From NCBI RefSeq assembly GCF_009914755.1, contig NC_060931.1: a stretch of 64,000 nucleotides of DNA; one strand, 5' to 3'. The DNA comes from the human T2T-CHM13v2.0 reference genome, Homo sapiens. A program made the translations under genes and the position numbers. The notes below the pieces were generated by a model. That model had not been told where the DNA came from and ran no database searches. It was given only the letters and a program-made list of their open reading frames with translations. Below, one piece after another: positions 29,951 to 43,738 of this stretch; position 1 is the first letter of the stretch; every line of letters starts with the position of its first letter.

Positions 29951-31702
29951 AATCCTTTTGTTCCATGTTACATTCTTAATATATTCAGTATGAAGAGACA
30001 GAGGCAGATCAGGTTCAAGACAGGAAATTAAAGCAAAACTCAGTCATAAGGTTTTGATCACTAGTTACAGAAGGTTAAAAATATGTTTTGTTAAGTTGTA
30101 TTCTATGGTTAATTATTTTTAATTATCTTTGTCTTTTGACATTTTGCCGTAATGGGTATATGTTCCAGATGACATCGTTGTTACCAAACCCTGGTTCTTT
30201 CTGAGCTAGCATAGGCACCCAGAGGTCCAATTTGGTAGGTGAGATATGGTACCAGGATTATCTGGGAAGAAACAGAATGGCATATAATGTTTAAGGTGCT
30301 TGAGCTCTGTATAGACACATTTTGATTCAAATTTCTGCCGTAATATTTATTAAATATGTGACCTTTGATGTGGTTCCTAATGTTGCAGCACTTGAATTTT
30401 CTCTGCATTGGCTACTGGTATTATAATTATTCCTCAAGTCAGTTTTAGCATTATACTTCTAGACAGATTCATTTAGTTGTGGAATAGTATAATGTTACCT
30501 TTTAGAAAGTGAGCTTAGGCAAGATTATAGGATTTTGAACCCCAGCTTCAATGATTTATTTGCTTTGTGTTTTTGAGTCAAATTACTCCAAAGGAGGCTA
30601 GCACAGGAACCAGGTGGGAATCAGGACCCCAGATAGGTGAATCACATTCAGGACAGGAAATTAAAACTAAAGTTCAGTTATATGACCTGGACCAGCAAGG
30701 AAAATAATGCTGCAGATCAGTAAATACAAATATTTCTAATCCCAGGCATACTTTATTCTGGGTTTATTACAGCCAGCCTTCTTTCATTATAAATTATCTA
30801 TGGAAAAAGGACTTAAAGTTATTGATACGGTTGGTTCTCAAAGGTGTAGGGACTTGTCAGAGCCAAAACTGCTAGTCAGAATTCCTAAGTACCTGTGCTG
30901 GGGTGGGATGGGAGGCTAGAATAAGCAGGGATTCAGGATCATAGTTGTAGTGAAAGGTCAAATTGGATTATAATGAAATGTCTACTCATATTTACCAGTC
31001 ATACAAACTAAGTGTTCCGCTTCTGGGAATTTGTTTTGAGGAAATAAGAAAAGATATGCACAATTATATAATTACAAATATTTCATCACACTGGTGTTTA
31101 AAATAGTAAAAGACTGGAATCACTCTAAATGTCCAATATAGAGAATTGATTTAATAAACTTATACTACATCTATGTAATATGAAACTTTGAACCCATTGG
31201 AAATTACATAGAAATGTATTTCTATTTCTTAACTTGAAGAGGTATTTACTATAGTTAAGCTACAAAAACTGGTTACAGTATTAGAATATGATCACGTTTT
31301 TATAGGAAAATTATATCTGTATCTATTCATATCTATCTCTGCAAAGAAGAATAAGAAGATTTGGGAAAGTATTCACTAAAATGTTTACATTGATTTTTCT
31401 TGGAAGAGAGAAATATAAGGGCTTTTATTTTCTAATTTTTACTGAACATTTATGTCTGTTATAATAAGAAAACATTTTACTTTTTATTTAAAGTGGCAGG
31501 CAGTAAAATAAATACTTTGACATTAGATTTATTGTAAAAAGAGAATCCATCTCGGTATTACTTTATTATAGGATTTCTTTTTGTTTAGAACCGTGAGGCC
31601 ATGCTTTTTTCTGTTTATACAATTTTGAGTACTAATTTACTTTTTAAATTCCTGCTGATATTTCTAAATCTAATCCTTTATTGTTTGCTTTTATTTCTTT
31701 AG

Positions 31703-32056
31703 GTTATTGTGTCAATGAGTATAGCATTTGCTCAACAAACTGAACTGTCTAGAATATCTGGGGGAAAAGAAAATACTGCATCATCAAAGCAAGCACATGC
31801 TGTGTGTCAGCAAGAACAACATTATTTTAATGAAATGAAATTATCACAGGATCAAATTGGTTTTCAGACTTTTGAGACAGTGGATGTGAAATTTAAAGAA
31901 GAATTTAAACCACTTAGTAAAGAGTTAGGAGAACATGGAAAGGAAATTTTATTATCAAATAGTGATCCCCATGATATACCAGAATCAAAGGACTGTGTGC
32001 TGACTATTTCAGAAGAAATGTTCTCCAAAGATAAAACATTTATAGTTAGACAGTCT
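31703..32056 (+). CDS. AKAP9: AKAP9 exon 17, VIVSMSIAFAQQTE...FIVRQS (second half of the RII-binding helix)
   Basis: tctttag| acceptor, TCT|gtaagt donor, 354 nt, phase 0 to 0. Confidence 0.96.
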
Positions 32057-32142
32057 GTAAGTATGCCTCCTTGAATATAAAAAACTTATTTAAAAATTGT
32101 GAATTCTTTCACTTTAAAAATATTAGCAATAGTGCTGCTTAA

Positions 32143-32487
<345 letters not shown>

Positions 32488-32976
32488 AGTTCACACTGTT
32501 AATGTGTTTTATTAATTGTAAGATATATGGATAAGTGACTTAATATTAGTATCAAATAAAACAAGTCTGGTTCATAGTATTCTTGTTTATCTTAAAGATG
32601 TTGTACCTGGTAAAATCCCATTGTAAGTTGTACGTACATTAATTCTGTTTCAACCAATTCAAGATTAATTATACTACAATTTGGTAATATCTGTGAATAA
32701 AAGATTTGCTTAATTAAATATAACAACATTAGAAGGAAATAGCTACCTATTTAGGAAGACTAAAAGATTTTACTATCTATATCCTAATTCTTGATTTATG
32801 TACTTATTTATTAATAGAAGATCCATTCTGTGTCTGTACCTCAACTGTTCACTGCCTTTAACAGAAAGTAATAAATCCTACTTCTTTTAACATTATCTGA
32901 ATTAAAATTTTTTATTAATATTCAGGATAGGTTATGTTTTGTTCAGACTAATATTCAAGTAAAATTGCCAACTCCA

Positions 32977-33275
<299 letters not shown>

Positions 33276-33957
33276 TTGCCAACTCTTTATGGAATGCAAA
33301 ACTTGTTAGGTGTTCTTCAAGACCTCTTTAATTTACCAGCAACTGTTCAAAGCAAAATTATTTGTATAAGTAACATTCCTCCAGGAAATGATGTACTCGT
33401 AGAACATATTAAGGAGTTGACTTCTTATGAGTGTGAGACTCTGGAATGTAAAGCTTTTATCTTCAAATAAAATGTATTGAAAATTATTTTTTATCAGTAG
33501 TTCTCTGTAGTACTGTGATAACCACTGTGTAAATTAAATGGGTAGTTTCTCATGTTTCATACATTTAATTTTAAAATATAAATATTCCATGGATATTATT
33601 TTCCCTTCATAAAATGTCAAGAGGAATAATGGCATTATAGCTTCGTTAAGAGTAGAAGGAATCTTAAGTATCTTAGTTCTTTTTTTTCTATTAGAATTAG
33701 ATTAAGTCTAAACTAATTGATAAATAGCTGTTTTGCTTTTGGAAAATAATGATAAAGTAGCTTTATGTTGTTTTAGAGTTGTAATTAAGAAAAACACCAT
33801 TTTAAAAATTATGTTTTTGTTTAATAATAAAATATCACATGCTTTATGGGATAAGGAATAGAATTGCTTTCGTATTTGTTTACAATATTAATGCTGACAG
33901 ATTTTTACAAAATGTGTTATGGTTGAATTGTTTTTTTTTTTTTTTTTACTATTAAAG

Positions 33958-34182
33958 ATTCATGATGAGATTTCAGTGTCAAGCATGGATGCTTCTAGAC
34001 AACTAATGTTGAATGAAGAACAGTTGGAAGATATGAGACAGGAACTTGTACGACAATACCAAGAACATCAACAGGCAACGGAATTGTTAAGGCAAGCACA
34101 TATGCGGCAAATGGAGAGACAGCGAGAAGACCAGGAACAGCTACAAGAAGAGATTAAGAGACTTAATAGACAATTAGCCCAG
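33958..34182 (+). CDS. AKAP9: AKAP9 exon 18, IHDEISVSSMDASRQ...LNRQLAQ; includes S1570 (TCA at 33973-33975, site of the reported long-QT variant S1570L) and the KCNQ1-binding C-terminal region of Yotiao
   Basis: T17 tract then attaaag| acceptor, CAG|gtaagg donor, 225 nt; cumulative codon count places Ser at 1570. Confidence 0.96.
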
Positions 34183-34320
34183 GTAAGGGTCTTGTAGTCC
34201 CCTTTCTCTCCCCAGTTATTTTTTTTTCCAAACACCAACTTGAACCAGATCCCCAATTAAAACAACAGTATTTTTTATGTAGCCATAATTTTTTTTTTTT
34301 TTTGCCGAAATCTGAATAAA
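34183..34320 (+). other. AKAP9: Yotiao-type terminal extension of exon 18: donor read-through adds VRVL-stop (TAG 34195-34197), followed by a short 3'UTR and AATAAA at 34315-34320
   Basis: 1639+4=1643 aa matches the remembered Yotiao length; AATAAA lies about 120 nt after the stop. Confidence 0.8.
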
Positions 34321-35329
34321 CTACATATATTTAGCATCAGGAACACACTCTATACTAAGACAGCAGCTTTAGATCTTGTTAGGGACACCTATCTCAACCT
34401 TGGAGTGGGCATTGTCTTTCTGTCATTTTATTTAACTCCTTTTTCAAGCACTGGAAAAGTGGCTACACGGTTTTGTTTTTTTCTTTTAAATCATTCCATT
34501 AGCCATATATAGCAAACTCACTTTGACATTTTGGAAATAACATTGTGCTGAGGTGCTCCATTATGCAGTTACTATCATTCAGTTTTACTATCTTCATTTA
34601 TAGTTTTGTGAGTCCACCAATTAGCATCTCGAAGGTTTACCTTTATCTGTCTTTAATCCATCTTTTTAATCATGAATGGAAATCGGAAGTAGTATGCTTC
34701 TGAAACTCTTTCCAGGGAAACATCTCTTCTTGATTTGAGAAATGCAAATTTATTTAACATTCTTATCCCTTTCTTGACTAAATTTAAATACTTCTTGGTA
34801 TTTGGGAGCTGGATTCTTGTCAACTGCTGTATAAAATATACTCACAAAACCATTGCAGAAAAGCAAGAAATATTTATGTAGAAGTTCTTATGAAAACTTA
34901 TTGAATTTAATTTTGAAAACTGAAGCTAAGAGAGATAATAAATATCTAGAGATAACTATTAACAGTATTCTTTCAAACATAAAATAATAAGATAATTGGG
35001 AGCTGAGCATAAAACATTATTTGGAAAAATTAACTTTGCTTTTCTTCATTGCATTTTGTGAATTCAAACTTCTTAATTTTCAATGCAAAATTGACAAAAA
35101 TTAATTGAACTGCACAAATTCCTGAATATATAGACTTAATTGGCTTTTAAAAAATATTTTAAATTTTGCATTGATCTTTGTATATACTTTTAACCCCTTA
35201 CGATGGAATATGAATCATAAGTAGAACCAGGGCCTGTTGGTCCCGGGGGTTAAAAGAAATCTGCTTAATATTTCTACCCTTTTTCTCTATCACAAACAGT
35301 ATTCTTTCATGACCTTTTTTCTTATTTAG

Positions 35330-35470
35330 AGATCCTCCATAGATAATGAAAACCTGGTTTCAGAGAGAGAGAGGGTGCTTTTAGAGGAGCTGGAAGCACT
35401 AAAGCAGCTGTCTTTAGCTGGAAGAGAGAAGCTGTGTTGTGAGCTGCGCAACAGCAGTACGCAAACACAG
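35330..35470 (+). CDS. AKAP9: AKAP9 exon 19, RSSIDNENLVSERER...RNSSTQTQ
   Basis: tatttag| acceptor, CAG|gtagta donor, 141 nt, phase 0 to 0. Confidence 0.95.
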
Positions 35471-35951
35471 GTAGTATGGACTTTGCCCCACCTAGGAGCA
35501 ATGGATCACCAATTCAGTAGGATTTGTTTGTCTTTGTTGTTGGTATGAGATGTATTCTTTTATAGGTACTGAGCTTAACATATTTGTGACTGCATGTGTG
35601 TAAGGTAGGTGGAGTCAAAATGCCTTACATTTCATTTAAGGTAATTTGAATCTGACATTCTGTTAACAGCAAGTATTGTTTCACCAAAGAGAACCTAACA
35701 AACTTTATTGTTGCACTACAGCATGGATAATTTGAACCCATTAAAATTTTTTATTTGTGTACGAGAATGTTTTATCCTCTTTTGATAACACTAATCTCGA
35801 GTGTAGTTAAATATTATACCAACCAGTATCAATTTTGTGCACAGAGGTTTCTATTTTATCTCATACCAATATAGAAGAATGACATGCTGTTTCCAAGTTG
35901 ACAGGTTTTCTTTCTGTCTTCTCCTCTCTTCCTTTACACAAACTTAAACAG

Positions 35952-36055
35952 AATGGAAATGAAAACCAAGGAGAAGTTGAAGAACAAACATTTAAAGAAA
36001 AGGAATTAGACAGAAAACCTGAAGATGTGCCTCCTGAGATTTTGTCTAATGAAAG
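35952..36055 (+). CDS. AKAP9: AKAP9 exon 20, NGNENQGEVEEQ...EILSNER
   Basis: taaacag| acceptor, AAG|gtatac donor, 104 nt, phase 0 to 2. Confidence 0.94.
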
Positions 36056-38291
36056 GTATACAAAATGTGTACTTTTTCAGTGCAAAGTAAATTAAAATGG
36101 TTGTTTCAATGTAATAGACTTTGTCCTTATTTTTATCTTGTACATTGATACTTTGTCTTAAAAATCATCATACCATCTGTGTATGAAACATGTCCATGTA
36201 TGTGTAGTATGTAAAGGATTTTCAGTTTTTCATCATTAAATAGATAACATTTTAAAAAAATCTTTTCTATATAAATTTTGATTGGATATTAATCACATAC
36301 TTAACTGTTAATCACCTGATGTTAGCAAAACTTTTCCTTACTTTGATTTTGTAGAGGTTAATATAAAAATGTGAAATATTAAGTGAGAATAGTTATCCTA
36401 CATTAGTATTAAAGACTTTAAGCACAATATTTTAAACTTTGTTTTGTTCAAATGAAAATAATTTCTTTAATTTTAAATTAAAACTAATATTTACTTCTTA
36501 ATTTCCTCCTTTTCCAATTTCTGTGACTGTCAACCCTCTTGTGTCCTCCTAACCTCCTTCCTCAGCTTGCATGGAGGAATTTGGCCCCTAAGATTTTGGC
36601 TTCCCCATTGGATCATCAGTATGGAACGCAGTCAGTATGGAACTCAAACAAGAAAGACAGTGTATGAAAATTAGAGTTACCACGGCAATATAAAATAAAC
36701 ACTTTGTTTATTTTATATTATTTATCTCTAATTGGTAAATTTTGAAAACTATGCAGTATTTAATTTCTAGGAATTTTTATAGTAAGTGCCAATAAAATGA
36801 GTATTTTTTTTTAACCACCATATTAATTTTAATCATTTCTCTTAAGTAGAAATATTTTCACATTATTCTAGTTCTGGGGTTTGGGGCTTAAACAAAACCT
36901 CAGAACAAGTTAAGGAAATAAAACCCTTGGCTTCCTACTAAATTAGTTTAGTTTTATTTTTAGTATTCTTGATTATATAAGCAGAGAACTTGATCTAGGT
37001 GCAAAAATAGAACCGTCTCTTTCACTTGACAAATACTAACGGAAAACTTCTCCATTTATTATCTTGTCTTAAAATAGATATGTCATGTGCCTGTGAAACA
37101 GGTATCCTTTAGCCTGATTTTTGGCAAGCTCCTACAGTGTGAAGCTAAAAGATAAAACTGTCTTAAGGCAGAAGACCTTTACCATGAAAATCTTTTATTT
37201 TGTCTGCATGTATAAAGTGTGCCTTTGTTGAACTGAGTTGCTAGGACAAGAGAGTTGTTTAGTTTTTAAGAAAATTAATCAGGCAGTCTTCTGAATCACC
37301 ATTTATGGAAGTAGCTTTCTTTGCATGGTAGAATGTTCATGTTAAGCAAAAAAGAGAGTGTACAAAAACACTTTGTTCGGGATGATCTCATTTTTGTTTT
37401 TAAAATACGTATATATTTATAAGAGAGGCAGGAGGAAAAGTCTAGAAATACAGGCATTAAAATTGTAATAGTGATTGCTGAGGTTTTTTGGTGAGTGGTT
37501 AGCAGTATTTTCCAAATTTTTTAAAATAAGGATTACTTTTTAAAAAGAGAGACACACCAAATTCATTCTAGTTGAAAACAGGTTTCTTCTGCCGACTTAA
37601 ATGAGTGTGGTGAGTGTAACTTGAGAAATTTCTGTCCCTGGAGCAGATGTAATAAAAACGGCCTATGATACTCTCTGTGGTGTTGACAGATAGTGAAATT
37701 TCATTACAGACCTTTTTAAAAACACATCGCTGCCTAACTATTACTTTTTGTAATTTAAACATTCAGCTCATTACCATTAACTTGTACAAATACTACCACA
37801 TAATTTTTTCTGGTGTGATTTTAAAATTATGTTTCAAAATATGTTTTTATGTTTAACATATAGAAAGATTTAAATGTGCAAAATACATATGTATAACCAT
37901 GGGCAGCAAGCTCAATAACTTGCATATGCTTTGGCACTACCATACTTTTTAAAACTTAAATTTTGTCTCCCAAGATTTTCTCTTAACCTAGTTACTGGCT
38001 TAAGACTTTAGTTATTTTTTTCAAGTCAATTAAATACCGTACATTTTAAAAAATGGTATGATTAAGCTAATTGGCCAAAATTTTTCAGACAAAAACAAAT
38101 CATTTTATAATATAGTTACAAATAAAAAACAAGAAGCACTTTATTGTAGATGCTATTGGGTATTTTAATAAAAAGGATCATCTGTTATTTTTCAAATCAA
38201 ATATTTTGCAGTGTACTTTTTAGTGGACATAAGCAAAGTGTTTGCTTCAAAAATATTAAACATTTTAATCAGTGCTTCTTTATCTATACAG

Positions 38292-38497
38292 GTATGCACT
38301 CCAGAAAGCTAATAATAGACTTTTGAAGATCCTCTTAGAAGTTGTAAAGACAACAGCAGCTGTTGAAGAAACAATTGGTCGCCATGTCCTTGGGATTCTA
38401 GATAGATCTAGTAAAAGCCAGTCATCTGCCAGCCTAATTTGGAGGTCAGAAGCAGAGGCATCTGTAAAGTCATGTGTCCATGAGGAACATACAAGAG
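38292..38497 (+). CDS. AKAP9: AKAP9 exon 21, YALQKANNRLLKILLEVVK...HEEHTR
   Basis: tatacag| acceptor, GAG|gtacta donor, 206 nt, phase 2 to 1. Confidence 0.95.
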
Positions 38498-39039
38498 GTA
38501 CTAGTTTTCTGTGTTGTGGAAACAATCATTTCAACAAATCTGCTGAGTTCAAGGCATTTTGCCATGTGTTGAAAATATAGAAGAGAAAATAAGTATTTTC
38601 CAGCAAATGGACCTTCAAACAGAAATACATTAGAGCAACTCTTTTCAAACACCATTATTGTATAGCATTTGCAAGTGGGTATCATAGAGTTGTCATTATA
38701 TTTACCCAGGGTTGCCACAGTGCCTACATAAACCAGAATGCTGTTACATTTCTCCACCGATAAAAGAAAATTTATATATCAGCACTTAGTACTCTTACCA
38801 GTATCTGTGAGGTATGGATGACATCCTGAAACCATCCTATAGATTAAGGAAAGATTAGAAATAAAGACTTTTTAGGAACCCAGCACCAGCTTCATGTACC
38901 TGTTGAAATGGTTAGAAGAAAGTCTTGATAAGAAACCCAAGATTTGGTGTTACCTTTGGACTGTCCTTTGCTAGATTCTTTCTTCCTTTTGAAAAAGTGA
39001 GTTGAAATATTACACAATGTGTATGGATCCAGAGATTAG

Positions 39040-39502
<463 letters not shown>

Positions 39503-40495
39503 TGAGGAAATCAAAAGAGGGGAAAAGTTTTGTGAGATGGAGAAACATAGGATGTGGACTCCTGGCTCACAAGATCAAGCCCACAGTTCACTACCATTCC
39601 ACACTCAAGCACTTCTCCCATAGAGGCAGACCTAAAATGCCAGTTTTTGTAATTTTTGAGAGAATTCTGTTTGTTAAATTTCATGTGGAGAAATGAAAAG
39701 AAATTATCCCATTTATGGAAGGTTTGCCTAATTATAAGTTGGCCAGTAGTGTGTTTCTAGGTACAGAGAAAAGCTTGATTTGGAATTGCAAATAAAACTG
39801 ATTTTTAAACACCTTAGCTGAGTTCAAAGATAGTTTTAAAAATTGTTTTTAGTAAATTAAGAGCTGAAATAATACTGAATTTTAAACCTTGCTTTCAAAT
39901 TCACTCTTTTCAAACTTGGTGGAAGGATTTTTCAAATTAACTTCACTCTTGGTTAAGCTCTCAGTCACGGCTATTTTATTTCTGCATATGGATCTTTATA
40001 GAGAAGAATTAGGTAACATTTTCTTGGTCTGATAAAAGTGTTTATCAAATTATGCTTTTTAAAAAACAATTATTTCACAAGCTTGTTTCACTTAACCATT
40101 TAGGGAGGGATTTTGCTGTTCTGCTGGTAAGACCTAGACCAGGTTGACTGCCATATTCAGAAGAGACTCTGAGAATGTTCTGTGCATTACAGATGTATTT
40201 TGTGCTTTTGTTGTTGTTGTTAGCAGTTCTCTTAGATACTTCTCAACATGGCTGCCAAAGTATTCAGCAGACAACATACCTTGAAAGACAGTGAACTTAC
40301 TTCCAGAGCACTGTCTCCATAAAAGGGAATAAATGGATAATTTAACTCAAGCACAGAGGATTATATTTATGTTCATTTTCCATGAGAAAGCAGACCTAAA
40401 AAGACTTCTGATCCACTAGCCTATTTTCTTGCATAAGTGTATCTAAATCTTCCAACACACATGAAATATGTATATCCTATTTTAAGATACAGTAA

Positions 40496-40802
<307 letters not shown>

Positions 40803-41892
40803 ATAGTTTTCAATTATAAGCAATTTTATGAGTTTAATTCTGCAGACATTTACTGAGCTATTTCTCTATGCTCTCAGCTTTACAGCAATTCATAGTCTAA
40901 TGAAGAAGTCATTGCTATTCTGATTCAAAGCAAAATAGAGTCATAATATTTAATATTTTGCCTAAAACCACTACGTATATTTGAATCAACTAAAACCTTT
41001 AAAATTTTAGTTATTTAACTGTTGACCGATTCTGAAAGAATAATATTGAGATAAGAGAAAAAGCTAAATCCACAGTTAAGAAATATAGTGTATAGAATAT
41101 TGTAGCAGAGATAATTTTGCTAGGATTAGTATCATTGGTTACATTTACTTTCCATTTAGTTAACTCCATCTTACTGTTTTTATGTTTAGCAGCAGTGTGA
41201 TCATCTTACTAATAAAATTGGAGCAACCACTAATATTACTGGGGGACAGTTAATGGATCCATCTTGCATCTTTAAGGATATATTGAGTTAATAGAATTTA
41301 TAATTTAAAATTTTTAATTTTTATATAAACCTGAAAGAAAATACTGGCTTTAAAATATTAACACTGTGTTCCATATGTAAGAATTTTTTCTGACATTCCT
41401 TCATAAATATAATGGGAGCATTATTTTTAAAAATGAAAAACTTTTGACAGTTTTATGTTTTTTAGTATAACAAAAAAATTAAACCAGTCTAATTGCGAAG
41501 CAACTTTTGCTTTTCAGTTTTCATATATGACTTTTTGTTGTAACACTTCTGATGTGTTTTCAGCCTTCAGGTCTGAACTTGTTTCGATTTTAAACATGTA
41601 TGGACTTGTTAACACTCAAAAAGTAAAGAATAAAGTTGCTAATATTTGCTTCCTCATAAGAGTAACCTAGTTTATGAAATTGAAGGGAAATTTTGAGCTA
41701 ACATAAAATCACTTAAACCTGAATGAATATTAGATCAGTTCATAAAAATGAATTCCCCAGGTTGTGTTGAAAAAAAAATTTCCTTTAGGTCTTCACTGTG
41801 ATGATTCAGTGGTTTTATGCTCACCTCTCCCATAGGAGGCCAGGGATGGAATCTTGTCTGCTGCTGCCTCCTTTTGGAGAAATGCTGTCTTA

Positions 41893-42159
<267 letters not shown>

Positions 42160-42613
42160 TCAGAAGGCCTTGTTTTCTTTTTTTCTAGTTCATTGTGATA
42201 TTGGGCAAACCTCTTAAGTCTCCCAGGGCTTCAGTACAGTTTTCTCAACTGTCAGATCCAGGGTCAGACTAAAGCCTAGTGGTTTCCATTGGAGCCATTA
42301 GAGATTCAGAGAGCCTTTGGGGCAGAGAAGGCTTTATCACATTGCCTATCCCACTTAAACCTGAGGAGTTTATCGTTACCTGTCAGGGAATGAACATGAT
42401 ATAATCCATAAAGTTAATAACTAAAGGACTTGAATAACCATCATTTACTATGTTTTAAGACATAAATCCAAGAGGTTCACCAATTTGAAATGATTCTATT
42501 TACCAAACTGGATGTTCTAAGATTATTATTGGCATCTTGTGAAGTTCCCCTGCTAATCTATATTATCCTCTGAATTTTTCCCTCCAAGACTGGTTATTAA
42601 AAATAAAGTTTAG

Positions 42614-42930
42614 GGCCAGGCACAGTGGCTCACACCTGTAATCGCAGCACTTTGGGAGGCTGAGGTGGGTGGATCACACGGTCAGGAGATCGAGACCGTC
42701 CTGGCTAACATGGTGAAACCCCATCTCTACTAAAAATACAAAAAATTAGCCAGGCGTGGTGGTGGGCGCCTGTAGTCCCAGCTACTTGGGAGGCTAAGGC
42801 AAGAGAATGACGTGAACCCCGGAGGCGGAGCTTTCAGTGAGCGGAGATCCAGCTACTGCACTCCAGCCTGGGCGACAGAGTGAGACTCCATCTCAAAAAA
42901 AATAATAATAATAAAATAAATAAATAAATA
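42614..42930 (+). mobile_element. AluY
   Basis: GAGATCGAGACC, GCTAACA and GGAGCTT diagnostics; TSD AAATAAAGTTTA. Confidence 0.9.
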
Positions 42931-43187
42931 AAGTTTAAGCTTGATGTCTTTCTCATATTTCTATTTTATAGGATTTTTTTAAATTTGGTTTTTTCTTGGA
43001 ACATATTCAGATTATTTCAGATTGTTTATACTTTCAAAATGTTATTAAGAAAATACCTTAAGCTAGGTGACGTCTTTGCCTTTTCTAGGTACTTTAATGT
43101 CTATTTTTAAAAATTAGCCATTTGGCTTAAAAAAGCCAGAGGCCTTTTATAAGTCACTTTCACGCACCCTCTTTATTTTGTGCTTGA

Positions 43188-43738
<551 letters not shown>

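Noticed and set aside
37490-37616. Two GTGAGT donor-like sites in intron 20
   Set aside because: One lies in L1ME-like sequence, and the upstream acceptors give immediate stops, so there is no coherent exon.
38498-38580. Open frame continuing past the exon 21 donor as an alternative C-terminus
   Set aside because: No canonical AATAAA close to the stop and no independent support, unlike the exon 18 extension.
40224-40333. Acceptor, 23 open codons, stop and AATAAA in intron 21
   Set aside because: Short, with several competing AGs; expected by chance in AT-rich introns.
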